In this document: one piece after another, positions 13,482 to 23,227 of the stretch
Layout: each line of letters begins with the position of its first letter
Position numbering within the stretch: position 1 is the first letter of the stretch
NCBI RefSeq assembly: GCF_046105845.1
Contig: NZ_CP151004.1
Length of the DNA stretch: 64,000 nucleotides
Source: Escherichia coli
GTDB taxonomy: Bacteria > Pseudomonadota > Gammaproteobacteria > Enterobacterales > Enterobacteriaceae
Direction: 5' to 3' (one strand)
Program-made: the position numbers and the translations under genes
The notes under the pieces: generated by a model
Told to the model about the DNA's origin: nothing
Databases searched by the model: none
The model's input: only the letters and a program-made list of their open reading frames with translations

Positions 13482-13817
13482 ATGCCAAAGATTGTTATTT
13501 TGCCTCATCAGGATCTCTGCCCTGATGGCGCTGTTCTGGAAGCGAATAGTGGTGAAACCATTCTCGACGTTGCGCTGCGTAACGGTATCGAGATTGAACA
13601 CGCCTGTGAAAAATCCTGTGCTTGCACCACCTGCCACTGCATCGTTCGCGAAGGTTTTGACTCGCTGCCGGAAAGCTCAGAGCAGGAAGACGACATGCTG
13701 GACAAAGCCTGGGGACTGGAGCCGGAAAGCCGTTTAAGCTGCCAGGCGCGCGTTACCGACGAAGATTTAGTGGTCGAAATCCCGCGTTACACTATCAACC
13801 ATGCGCGTGAGCATTAA
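13482..13817 (+). CDS. fdx: [2Fe-2S] ferredoxin
   Basis: 111 aa; Cys ligands [12 protein letters not shown]. Confidence 0.95.
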
Positions 13818-13828
13818 CAGAGGTTAGT

Positions 13829-14029
13829 ATGGGACTTAAGTGGACCGATAGCCGCGAAATTGGCGAAGCACTGTACGATGCGTATCCCGATCTTGATCCG
13901 AAAACGGTTCGATTCACCGATATGCATCAGTGGATTTGCGATCTGGAAGATTTCGACGACGACCCGCAGGCATCCAACGAGAAAATCCTCGAAGCGATTT
14001 TGTTAGTCTGGCTGGACGAAGCCGAATAA
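13829..14029 (+). CDS. iscX: Fe-S assembly protein IscX
   Basis: 66-aa acidic protein at end of isc operon. Confidence 0.9.
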
Positions 14030-14273
14030 TTTCCGCGTCATGCTTCACGCCGCAGATGCGTTGGCTGCGCTCGTTCACCCCAGTCACATAGTTATCTATG
14101 CTCCTGGGGCTTCACTCACTTGCCGCGTGATTCGGCCTTTTGGCCTCACCCCTCCGGGGCCAGCGCAAGCGCTGTTCAAAACGCAATGCGTTTTGTCCTG
14201 CAACGCGAATCATTTAGCGGAAAAATCCTGGGGCTGCCAACTGGCGGCCCTTTTACAAAGAAGGATAACTAGA

Positions 14274-15557
14274 ATGACAGAAGCGATGAAGATTACCCTC
14301 TCTACCCAACCTGCCGACGCGCGCTGGGGAGAAAAAGCGACTTACAGCATTAATAATGATGGCATTACCCTGCATTTGAACGGGACAGACGATCTGGGGC
14401 TGATCCAGCGTGCGGCGCGCAAGATTGACGGTCTGGGCATCAAGCATGTTCAGTTAAGCGGTGAAGACTGGGATGCGGATCGCTGCTGGGCATTCTGGCA
14501 AGGTTACAAAGCCCCGAAAGGCACACGTAAAGTGGAGTGGCCGGATCTGGACGATGCCCAGCGCCAGGAACTGGATAACCGCCTGATGATCATCGACTGG
14601 GTGCGTGACACCATTAACGCACCGGCGGAAGAGCTGGGTCCATCGCAACTGGCACAGCGTGCTGTTGATCTGATCAGCAACGTCGCAGGCGATCGTGTGA
14701 CTTATCGGATCACCAAAGGTGAAGATCTGCGTGATCAAGGTTATATGGGGCTGCACACGGTCGGGCGCGGTTCAGAACGTTCTCCGGTATTGCTGGCGCT
14801 GGATTACAACCCAACAGGCGATAAAGAAGCGCCAGTGTACGCGTGCCTGGTTGGTAAAGGCATCACCTTTGATTCCGGCGGCTACAGCATCAAACAGACC
14901 GCATTTATGGACTCGATGAAGTCGGACATGGGCGGCGCGGCAACGGTTACCGGAGCGCTGGCGTTTGCCATTACGCGCGGACTGAACAAGCGCGTGAAGC
15001 TGTTCCTCTGCTGTGCGGATAACCTGATCAGCGGCAATGCGTTCAAGCTGGGCGATATCATTACCTATCGCAACGGTAAAAAAGTTGAAGTGATGAACAC
15101 CGATGCGGAAGGGCGTCTGGTGCTGGCCGATGGCCTGATTGATGCCAGTGCGCAGAAACCGGAACTGATCATTGATGCGGCGACCCTCACCGGGGCGGCG
15201 AAAACTGCGCTGGGTAATGATTATCACGCGCTGTTCAGTTTTGACGATGCGCTTGCCGGTCGCTTGCTGGCGAGTGCCGCGCAGGAGAATGAACCGTTCT
15301 GGCGTCTGCCGCTGGCGGAGTTCCACCGCAGCCAGCTGCCGTCTAACTTTGCGGAACTGAACAATACCGGAAGCGCGGCGTATCCGGCAGGCGCGAGCAC
15401 GGCGGCGGGCTTCCTGTCGCACTTTGTTGAGAACTATCAGCAAGGCTGGCTGCATATCGACTGCTCGGCGACTTACCGTAAAGCGCCGGTTGAACAGTGG
15501 TCTGCGGGTGCTACGGGACTTGGTGTGCGCACGATTGCTAATCTGTTAACGGCGTAA
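14274..15557 (+). CDS. pepB: peptidase B (M17 aminopeptidase)
   Basis: Start at [10 protein letters not shown] (427 aa); M17 motif [11 protein letters not shown]-track start 14040 is an extension. Confidence 0.92.
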   Translation: MTEAMKITLSTQPADARWGEKATYSINNDGITLHLNGTDDLGLIQRAARKIDGLGIKHVQLSGEDWDADRCWAFWQGYKAPKGTRKVEWPDLDDAQRQELDNRLMIIDWVRDTINAPAEELGPSQLAQRAVDLISNVAGDRVTYRITKGEDLRDQGYMGLHTVGRGSERSPVLLALDYNPTGDKEAPVYACLVGKGITFDSGGYSIKQTAFMDSMKSDMGGAATVTGALAFAITRGLNKRVKLFLCCADNLISGNAFKLGDIITYRNGKKVEVMNTDAEGRLVLADGLIDASAQKPELIIDAATLTGAAKTALGNDYHALFSFDDALAGRLLASAAQENEPFWRLPLAEFHRSQLPSNFAELNNTGSAAYPAGASTAAGFLSHFVENYQQGWLHIDCSATYRKAPVEQWSAGATGLGVRTIANLLTA

Positions 15558-15564
15558 ACGTCTT

Positions 15565-15640
15565 ATTTGGCCTACAAAATTGCGAAAATCCAATAGATTG
15601 AGATTCCCTTGTAGGCCTGATAAGCGTAGCGCATCAGGCA
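15565..15640. repeat. REP/BIME-type palindromic element
   Basis: GGCCTACAA...TTGTAGGCC inverted repeat followed by GCCTGATAAGCGTAGCGCATCAGGC. Confidence 0.75.
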
Positions 15641-15675
15641 CTTGTGCCCCGAACGTTGAATGAATTGTGGTTCTT

Positions 15676-16452
15676 ATGTCCGAAACAAAAAACGAACTTG
15701 AAGATCTGCTGAAAAAAGCAGCAATCGAACCGGCGCACCGCCCGGCCTTTTTCCGTACTCTACTGGAATCCACCGTCTGGGTGCCGGGTACGGCGGCGCA
15801 GGGCGAGGCTGTGGTTGAAGATAGCGCGCTTGATTTACAGCACTGGGAAAAAGAAGACGGCACCAGCGTCATTCCTTTTTTTACCTCGTTAGAAGCACTT
15901 CAACAGGCGGTTGAAGACGAACAGGCATTTGTCGTAATGCCCGTTCGCACATTGTTTGAGATGACCCTTGGCGAAACGCTCTTCCTTAATGCCAAACTGC
16001 CAACCGGTAAAGAATTTATGCCGCGTGAAATCAGTTTGTTGATTGGTGAAGAAGGAAATCCGCTGAGCAGCCAGGAAGTACTGGAGGGCGGTGAATCGCT
16101 GATATTATCGGAAGTCGCAGAGCCACCAGCACAAATGATTGATTCTCTCACCACCTTATTTAAAACTATTAAGCCGGTGAAGCGTGCTTTTATTTGTTCA
16201 ATTAAAGAGAACGAAGAGGCACAGCCTAATTTACTTATTGGCATTGAAGCCGATGGTGATATCGAAGAAATTATTCAGGCGGCGGGAAGTGTAGCGACCG
16301 ATACATTACCTGGCGATGAACCCATCGATATTTGTCAAGTGAAAAAAGGGGAAAAAGGAATTAGCCACTTTATTACCGAACATATTGTGCCATTCTATGA
16401 ACGTCGCTGGGGTGGTTTTTTGCGTGACTTTAAACAGAACCGGATAATCTAA
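15676..16452 (+). CDS. sseB: enhanced serine sensitivity protein SseB
   Basis: Start at MSETKNELEDLL (258 aa); synteny downstream of pepB. Confidence 0.9.
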   Translation: MSETKNELEDLLKKAAIEPAHRPAFFRTLLESTVWVPGTAAQGEAVVEDSALDLQHWEKEDGTSVIPFFTSLEALQQAVEDEQAFVVMPVRTLFEMTLGETLFLNAKLPTGKEFMPREISLLIGEEGNPLSSQEVLEGGESLILSEVAEPPAQMIDSLTTLFKTIKPVKRAFICSIKENEEAQPNLLIGIEADGDIEEIIQAAGSVATDTLPGDEPIDICQVKKGEKGISHFITEHIVPFYERRWGGFLRDFKQNRII

Positions 16453-16753
16453 AATATGCCGCCCCAAAGGGCGGCATTCGGGCTTACCTGCTGTTCTGAA
16501 GGTTGTTAACCACCAATAAATTGTTGCCGGAGAGATTCCGGTTATTATTTACCTCGGTTAACAGCGCACCAGAAACAATAAGTACGATACAAAAGCACCG
16601 TATCTTCATTGTGCGGTCCATGCGAAGACCGCATCACGACAGCACCACTGGCGATATTGCCGCGATAGCAAGCGCTGAGACGCGCGTGCCCTAACGGTCG
16701 CGGAACATCCTTTCCTTAAGCCAGCGCCCGCTTGCGAGACGGCGGAAAGGTCC
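16450..16753 (-). ncRNA. candidate RyfA-like transcript (putative type I toxin mRNA)
   Basis: Minus-strand -10-like TATTAT (16766-16761) and minus-strand terminator hairpin ATGCCGCCC-tttg-GGGCGGCAT + ATTTT (16477-16451) delimit ~304 nt; position matches the sseA-sseB intergenic sRNA locus known in enterobacteria (from memory). Confidence 0.4.
16484..16609 (-). CDS. candidate small hydrophobic protein (41 aa; 45 aa from ATG 16621)
   Basis: Minus-strand ORF MKIRCFCIVLIVSGALLTEVNNNRNLSGNNLLVVNNLQNSR with one predicted TM-like segment; weak SD; in frame with an upstream strongly SD-preceded mini-ORF (16708-16691) separated by two stops. Confidence 0.3.
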   Translation of the reverse strand: MKIRCFCIVLIVSGALLTEVNNNRNLSGNNLLVVNNLQNSR

Positions 16754-16797
16754 GCAGTGGATAATACACTAACAGAACAATAATAACTCTCTTTTGC

Positions 16798-16930
16798 TTG
16801 ACAAAAAGAGGGTTACTGGCGAGTATTGTCTCCGCTGAGACGCGCTTGCATTACTACGGTAATACAACCTGCTGGAAAGGCCGCGAACCGGACCAGCAAC
16901 AAAAAACCGCCTGATTTTGGCGGTTTTTTG
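16798..16930 (+). ncRNA. candidate small RNA unit 1 (promoter to intrinsic terminator; antitoxin-like)
   Basis: Perfect -35 TTGACA (16798-16803), 17-bp spacer, GAGTAT (16821-16826); terminator ACCGCC-tgatttt-GGCGGT + T6 (16901-16930); 5' end 16833-16845 identical to plus strand 16673-16685. Confidence 0.4.
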
Positions 16931-17073
16931 TTGTTTAAAGAAAATGAAATTACACGTTTAAGTAATATCTTTTACCAGTTAGTATATTTTAATATTAAGC
17001 GGGATTTTTTTATATTTGTCTGAATTCGGACTGATAAGCCAAATGAATTCAAAATCTATCCTTTTTTATCTAC

Positions 17074-17198
17074 TTGACATCGTTGATGCATAAAGCGAGT
17101 ATTGAGTAGACGAGATACACTTGCAGTAATACAACCTGCTGGAAAGGCCGCGAACCAGACCAGCAATAAAAAAACCGCCAAATTCGGCGGTTTTTTTA
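17074..17198 (+). ncRNA. candidate small RNA unit 2 (paralogous tandem copy of unit 1)
   Basis: Same architecture: TTGACA (17074-17079), 17-bp spacer, GAGTAT (17097-17102); ~73-bp block 17126-17198 ~88% identical to 16857-16930 including terminator CCGCC-aaattc-GGCGG + T7. Confidence 0.3.
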
Positions 17199-17213
17199 TT
17201 GCCTGTAAAAAGC

Positions 17214-18059
17214 TTATTTCAATGGCTCAACCGGTAAATCTGCCCGTGCGCCCCATTCACTCCATGCGCCGTCGTACAGTTTCACGTTTGGCACATCCAG
17301 CGTCGCGAGTGCCAACAAAACCACGGCTGCCGTTACACCAGAGCCGCAGCTGACGATAATCGGTTTGTCATAGCTGACGCCGCGACCAAAAAATATCGCA
17401 TCCAGTTCATCGGTCGTTTTTAGTTCGCCTTCGCGCACCAGTTCCGTCCACGGAACGTTCAATGCACCGGGAATATGTCCGCGACGTAAACCTGGGCGAG
17501 GTTCATCAACTTCTGCGTTAAAACGTGCAGCCGGGCGGGCATCAATAATTTGCGCCGTATTTTCATGGCTTGCCAATAACACATCGGTGACTTTCACCAC
17601 GGCTTCAGGATTAAACGTGGCGTTAAACTCTCCTTCCGGCAGCTCTACTGCCCCTTCTTCTAACAGCAGATCATCACGCTGCCAGCCTGCAAGTCCACCC
17701 CCCAGAATCGACACTTTCTCTACACCAAAGGTGCGCAGCATCCACCATGCTCGTGGGGCTGAGAATAGATTACCTTCGTCATAGATAATCAGGTGCTTAT
17801 CCTGGTTAACGCCTAATTCACGCATCGCCACGGCGAACGTTTCCGGGCGCGGCAGCATGTGCGGAAGCGGGGAAGTGTGATCAGAAAGCGCTTCGATATC
17901 AAAAAATACTGCGCCGGGAATATGTCCATTCAGATACTCCTGAGCAACGTTACGATCTTCCTGTCCAGGCGACGCCATGCGGGCATCGATAATCTGAATT
18001 TCCGGGTCATCAATATGTTCGGCGAGCCAGTCGGCTCCTACAAACCATGTCGTGGACAT
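17214..18059 (-). CDS. sseA: 3-mercaptopyruvate sulfurtransferase (rhodanese)
   Basis: Start at MSTTWFVGADW (281 aa); two rhodanese domains, active-site CGSGVTA; ORF-track start 18218 is an extension. Confidence 0.93.
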   Translation of the reverse strand: MSTTWFVGADWLAEHIDDPEIQIIDARMASPGQEDRNVAQEYLNGHIPGAVFFDIEALSDHTSPLPHMLPRPETFAVAMRELGVNQDKHLIIYDEGNLFSAPRAWWMLRTFGVEKVSILGGGLAGWQRDDLLLEEGAVELPEGEFNATFNPEAVVKVTDVLLASHENTAQIIDARPAARFNAEVDEPRPGLRRGHIPGALNVPWTELVREGELKTTDELDAIFFGRGVSYDKPIIVSCGSGVTAAVVLLALATLDVPNVKLYDGAWSEWGARADLPVEPLK

Positions 18060-18265
18060 AGGCATCTCCATTTTTGCCGGGGTTAGGCTAAATTGTCGGA
18101 TGTTTAGTGAAAGGCGACAAGCAAAAGAGGCTGATTTGGCTGTCTGAGCCACAATTCTCACTAAAATTCGGATTGTATGGGCGTGATACTGAATTACATA
18201 ACGTAAATTCTCACGCATAATAATTATTCGACGTTGCTAACGGGCCATTGTGGCAGGGATGAAAA

Positions 18266-21200
18266 ATGAAAAAGTTACGCGTAGCCGCCTGCATACTAAT
18301 GCTGGCGCTGGCAGGGTGCGACAACAACGATAACGCGCCAACAGCGGTGAAAAAAGATGCGCCTTCTGAAGTTACTAAAGCGGCCTCTTCAGAAAACGTG
18401 AGTTCAGCAAAACTTTCCGCGCCGGAGCGACAAAAACTGGCCCAACAGAGTGCCGGTAAGGCGCTGACATTGCTGGATCTCTCTGAAGTTCAACTTGATG
18501 GCGCAGCCACGCTGGTGCTGACGTTCTCCATTCCTCTCGACCCGGATCAGGATTTCTCACGCGTTATCCATGTCGTCGATAAGAAAATCGGCAAAGTGGA
18601 TGGTGCCTGGGAGCTGTCAGATAATCTTAAAGAGTTGCGTTTACGCCACCTCGAACCGAAACGTGATTTGATCGTCACTATTGGCAAGGAGGTCAAAGCA
18701 CTCAACAACGCAACCTTCAGTAAAGATTACGAAAAAACTATAACTACCCGCGATATCCAACCCAGCGTAGGTTTTGCCAGCCGTGGCTCGTTGTTACCTG
18801 GTAAAGTTATTGAAGGGCTGCCGGTAATGGCGCTCAACGTTAACAATGTCGATGTTAACTTCTTCCGTGTGAAGCCCGAATCTCTGCCTGCATTCATTAG
18901 CCAATGGGAATACCGCAATTCGCTGGCGAACTGGCAGTCTGACAAACTGCTGCAGATGGCGGATCTGGTCTACACCGGACGGTTTGATCTCAATCCTGCG
19001 CGTAACACCCGTGAAAAATTATTGCTGCCGCTGGGCGATATCAAACCGCTTCAGCAGGCAGGCGTGTATCTGGCTGTGATGAATCAGGCTGGACGTTACG
19101 ATTACAGTAATCCCGCGACGCTGTTTACGTTAAGTGATATCGGCGTTTCAGCTCACCGTTATCACAATCGTCTGGATATCTTTACCCAAAGTCTGGAAAA
19201 CGGCGCGGCCCAGCAAGGAATAGAAGTCTCTTTATTAAATGAGAAAGGGCAGACTCTGACTCAGGCAACCAGTGATGCTCAGGGGCATGTGCAGCTGGAA
19301 AATGATAAAAATGCGGCATTACTGCTGGCGCGTAAAGACGGTCAGACAACGCTACTCGATTTAAAACTTCCGGCGCTGGACTTAGCAGAATTTAACATTG
19401 CTGGCGCGCCAGGCTATAGCAAACAGTTTTTCATGTTTGGCCCGCGCGATCTTTATCGCCCAGGTGAAACAGTCATCCTCAATGGTTTATTGCGTGATGC
19501 AGATGGTAAAGCATTGCCCGATCAACCCATCAAGTTAGACGTGATTAAACCCGACGGGCAGGTACTCAGGAGCGTCGTTAGTCAGCCGGAGAATGGCCTC
19601 TACCACTTTACCTGGCCACTCGATAGCAATGCGGCAACCGGTATGTGGCATATTCGCGCTAACACGGGCGATAACCAGTATCGGATGTGGGATTTCCACG
19701 TCGAAGATTTTATGCCAGAGCGCATGGCGCTGAATCTGACCGGTGAGAAAACCCCGCTAACGCCGAAAGATGAAGTGAAATTCTCCGTGGTGGGGTACTA
19801 CCTGTATGGTGCACCTGCTAATGGTAATACTTTGCAAGGGCAACTTTTCCTGCGCCCACTGCGTGAAGCTGTGTCAGCCTTACCTGGTTTTCAATTCGGC
19901 GATATAGCTGCCGAAAATCTTTCCCGCACGCTGGATGAAGTTCAGTTGACGCTGGATGATAAAGGGCGTGGCGAAGTTTCTACAGAAACCCAGTGGAAGG
20001 AAACGCATTCCCCATTACAGGTTATTTTCCAGGGTAGTTTGCTGGAATCGGGCGGTCGCCCGGTGACGCGCCGCGCTGAGCAGGCTATCTGGCCTGCCGA
20101 TGCATTGCCGGGGATCCGTCCGCAGTTCGCCTCGAAATCGGTTTACGATTATCGCACTGACAGCACGGTGAAACAGCCCATTGTTGATGAAGGCAGTAAC
20201 GCCGCTTTTGACATCGTTTATAGCGATGCGCAAGGCGTAAAAAAAGCCGTGTCGGGCTTGCAGGTGCGCCTGATTCGCGAACGCCGCGATTACTACTGGA
20301 ACTGGTCAGAAGATGAAGGCTGGCAGTCACAGTTTGATCAAAAAGATCTGATTGAAAATGAACAAACTCTGGATCTTCAGGCGGATGAAACCGGTAAGGT
20401 CAGTTTCCCGGTAGAGTGGGGCGCTTATCGTCTGGAAGTCAAAGCGCCGAATGAAGCGGTCAGTAGTGTGCGTTTCTGGGCTGGCTATAGCTGGCAGGAC
20501 AACAGCGACGGGAGCGGTGCCGTGCGACCTGACCGTGTCACGCTGAAACTGGATAAAGCCAGTTATCGCCCTGGCGATACCATTAAGTTGCATATTGCCG
20601 CGCCAACGGCGGGTAAAGGTTATGCGATGGTCGAGTCCAGTGAAGGGCCGCTGTGGTGGCAAGAGATTGATGTTCCGGCTCAAGGGCTGGATCTGACGAT
20701 TCCGGTCGATAAAACCTGGAATCGTCATGATCTGTATTTAAGTACGCTGGTGGTACGTCCTGGCGATAAATCTCGCTCCGCGACGCCAAAACGTGCGGTT
20801 GGGGTGTTGCATCTGCCGCTTGGTGATGAAAACCGTCGCCTCGATCTGGCGCTGGAAACCCCCACCAAAATGCGCCCCAATCAGCCATTAACCGTGAAAA
20901 TTAAAGCCAGCAATAAAAACGGTGAGATGCCAAAACAGGTGAATGTGCTGGTGTCTGCCGTTGATAGCGGTGTGCTGAATATTACTGATTACGTTACCCC
21001 CGATCCGTGGCAGGCGTTCTTTGGTCAGAAACGCTATGGTGCAGACATTTACGATATTTACGGTCAGGTCATTGAAGGTCAGGGGCGTCTGGCAGCTCTG
21101 CGTTTTGGTGGCGATGGTGATGAGCTGAAACGTGGTGGTAAACCGCCGGTCAATCACGTCAATATTGTCGCGCAGCAGGCGCTGCCGGTAACGCTCAACG

Positions 21201-23227
21201 AACAGGGTGAAGGCTCGGTTACACTGCCGATTGGCGATTTTAACGGTGAATTGCGCGTCATGGCGCAAGCCTGGACGGCAGATGACTTCGGTAGCAACGA
21301 AAGGAAAGTGATAGTTGCCGCACCGGTGATTGCTGAACTGAACATGCCGCGTTTTATGGCGAGTGGCGATACCTCGCGCCTGACGCTGGATATCACTAAT
21401 CTTACCGATAAACCGCAAAAACTAAACGTTGCCCTGACCGCCAGTGGTTTGCTTGAACTGGTCAGCGATTCACCCGCAGCCGTTGAATTAGCGCCAGGCG
21501 TACGTACTACGCTGTTTATCCCGGTGCGAGCATTGCAAGGTTATGGCGATGGAGAAATTCAGGCCTCCATTAGTGGGTTAGCGTTACCAGGTGAAACCGT
21601 TGCCGACCAGCATAAGCAGTGGAAAATCGGCGTCCGTCCAGCGTTCCCGGCACAAACGGTTAATTACGGTACGGCGTTGCAGCCTGGTGAAACCTGGGCG
21701 CTCCCGGCGGATGGATTGCAAAACTTCTCGCCTGTTACGCTGCAAGGTCAGCTATTGTTGAGCGGCAAACCACCGCTGAACATCGCACGTTATATCAAAG
21801 AGTTAAAAGCGTATCCGTACGGCTGTCTCGAGCAAACCGCCAGCGGCCTGTTCCCGTCACTTTATACCAACGCAGCCCAACTGCAGTCGTTGGGCATCAA
21901 AGGCGACAGTGATGAGAAACGCCGTGCATCGGTCGATATCGGTATTTCCCGTTTGCTGCAAATGCAACGTGATAACGGCGGCTTTGCGCTGTGGGATAAA
22001 AACGGTGACGAAGAGTACTGGCTGACGGCTTACGTGATGGATTTCCTGGTCCGCGCAGGCGAACAGGGTTACAGCGTGCCGACAGACGCCATTAACCGGG
22101 GTAATGAGCGTCTGCTGCGCTATTTACAAGATCCGGGCATGATGTCGATCCCGTACGCGGATAATCTCAAAGCCAGTAAATTCGCCGTACAGTCTTACGC
22201 TGCGCTGGTGTTGGCCCGTCAGCAAAAGGCACCGCTGGGTGCGCTGCGTGAAATCTGGGAGCATCGTGCAGATGCCGCTTCTGGTTTACCGCTGCTGCAA
22301 CTTGGCGTTGCGCTGAAAACCATGGGTGATGCGACGCGTGGTGAAGAAGCAATTGCGTTGGCGCTGAAAACGCCGCGTAATAGTGATGAGCGGATATGGC
22401 TGGGTGATTACGGTAGTCCACTGCGCGACAACGCGTTGATGCTCTCCTTGCTGGAAGAAAATAAACTGCTACCCGATGAGCAGAACACTTTGCTGAACAC
22501 GCTTTCGCAGCAGGCATTTGGTGAACGCTGGCTATCGACCCAGGAAAGTAACGCGTTGTTCCTGGCTGCCCGTACGGTTCAGGATTTACCCGGTAAATGG
22601 CAGGCGCAAACCTCTTTCTCAGCTGAGCCGCTGACAGGCGAGAAAGCGCAAAACAGTAATCTGAATAGCGATCAACTTGCTACCTTACAGGTGACCAACA
22701 GTGGCGATCAGCCGTTATGGCTGCGTGTGGATGCCAGCGGTTATCCTCAATCCGCACCTTTACCGGCGAACAATGTGCTGCAAATCGAGCGTCATATTCT
22801 TGGTACTGATGGTAAGAGCAAATCGCTGGACTCGTTACGTAGCGGCGATCTGGTGCTGGTCTGGTTGCAGGTAAAAGCCAGTAACAGCGTGCCGGATGCG
22901 TTAGTCGTGGATCTGCTGCCTGCGGGTCTGGAACTGGAAAACCAGAATCTGGCGAACGGTAGCGCCAGCCTGGAGCAAAGTTGTGGCGAAGTGCAGAACT
23001 TACTGAACCAGATGCAGCAGGCGAGTATTAAGCACATTGAGTTCCGTGACGATCGCTTTGTGGCGGCGGTTGCCGTTGATGAATACCAACCGGTAACGCT
23101 GGTGTATCTGGCGCGGGCGGTGACGCCGGGAACGTATCAGGTGCCGCAGCCTATGGTGGAATCGATGTATGTTCCCCAATGGCGGGCGACCGGCGCGGCT
23201 GAAGATTTGCTGATTGTCAGACCGTAA
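18266..23227 (+). CDS. yfhM: alpha-2-macroglobulin family lipoprotein
   Basis: 1653 aa; lipobox LAGC (Cys18); thioester motif CLEQ at 21824-21835. Confidence 0.93.
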   Translation: MKKLRVAACILMLALAGCDNNDNAPTAVKKDAPSEVTKAASSENVSSAKLSAPERQKLAQQSAGKALTLLDLSEVQLDGAATLVLTFSIPLDPDQDFSRVIHVVDKKIGKVDGAWELSDNLKELRLRHLEPKRDLIVTIGKEVKALNNATFSKDYEKTITTRDIQPSVGFASRGSLLPGKVIEGLPVMALNVNNVDVNFFRVKPESLPAFISQWEYRNSLANWQSDKLLQMADLVYTGRFDLNPARNTREKLLLPLGDIKPLQQAGVYLAVMNQAGRYDYSNPATLFTLSDIGVSAHRYHNRLDIFTQSLENGAAQQGIEVSLLNEKGQTLTQATSDAQGHVQLENDKNAALLLARKDGQTTLLDLKLPALDLAEFNIAGAPGYSKQFFMFGPRDLYRPGETVILNGLLRDADGKALPDQPIKLDVIKPDGQVLRSVVSQPENGLYHFTWPLDSNAATGMWHIRANTGDNQYRMWDFHVEDFMPERMALNLTGEKTPLTPKDEVKFSVVGYYLYGAPANGNTLQGQLFLRPLREAVSALPGFQFGDIAAENLSRTLDEVQLTLDDKGRGEVSTETQWKETHSPLQVIFQGSLLESGGRPVTRRAEQAIWPADALPGIRPQFASKSVYDYRTDSTVKQPIVDEGSNAAFDIVYSDAQGVKKAVSGLQVRLIRERRDYYWNWSEDEGWQSQFDQKDLIENEQTLDLQADETGKVSFPVEWGAYRLEVKAPNEAVSSVRFWAGYSWQDNSDGSGAVRPDRVTLKLDKASYRPGDTIKLHIAAPTAGKGYAMVESSEGPLWWQEIDVPAQGLDLTIPVDKTWNRHDLYLSTLVVRPGDKSRSATPKRAVGVLHLPLGDENRRLDLALETPTKMRPNQPLTVKIKASNKNGEMPKQVNVLVSAVDSGVLNITDYVTPDPWQAFFGQKRYGADIYDIYGQVIEGQGRLAALRFGGDGDELKRGGKPPVNHVNIVAQQALPVTLNEQGEGSVTLPIGDFNGELRVMAQAWTADDFGSNERKVIVAAPVIAELNMPRFMASGDTSRLTLDITNLTDKPQKLNVALTASGLLELVSDSPAAVELAPGVRTTLFIPVRALQGYGDGEIQASISGLALPGETVADQHKQWKIGVRPAFPAQTVNYGTALQPGETWALPADGLQNFSPVTLQGQLLLSGKPPLNIARYIKELKAYPYGCLEQTASGLFPSLYTNAAQLQSLGIKGDSDEKRRASVDIGISRLLQMQRDNGGFALWDKNGDEEYWLTAYVMDFLVRAGEQGYSVPTDAINRGNERLLRYLQDPGMMSIPYADNLKASKFAVQSYAALVLARQQKAPLGALREIWEHRADAASGLPLLQLGVALKTMGDATRGEEAIALALKTPRNSDERIWLGDYGSPLRDNALMLSLLEENKLLPDEQNTLLNTLSQQAFGERWLSTQESNALFLAARTVQDLPGKWQAQTSFSAEPLTGEKAQNSNLNSDQLATLQVTNSGDQPLWLRVDASGYPQSAPLPANNVLQIERHILGTDGKSKSLDSLRSGDLVLVWLQVKASNSVPDALVVDLLPAGLELENQNLANGSASLEQSCGEVQNLLNQMQQASIKHIEFRDDRFVAAVAVDEYQPVTLVYLARAVTPGTYQVPQPMVESMYVPQWRATGAAEDLLIVRP

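Noticed and set aside
16456-16477. Hairpin after sseB as an sseB terminator
   Set aside because: It lacks a T-tract on the plus strand and is followed by ATTTT on the minus strand, so it is assigned primarily as the terminator of the minus-strand RyfA-like transcript; it may still pause sseB transcripts.
16826-17353. Plus-strand ORFs of 65 aa (16826-17023) and 83 aa (17102-17353) in the sseB-sseA spacer
   Set aside because: Both read straight through intrinsic terminator hairpins, and the second runs antisense into sseA; the similar peptide segments simply reflect the repeated sRNA/terminator DNA.
20015-21418. Antisense ORFs within yfhM and other long core genes (e.g. 20327-20728, 20888-21418)
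   Set aside because: Embedded antisense to well-supported coding sequence; no independent evidence.
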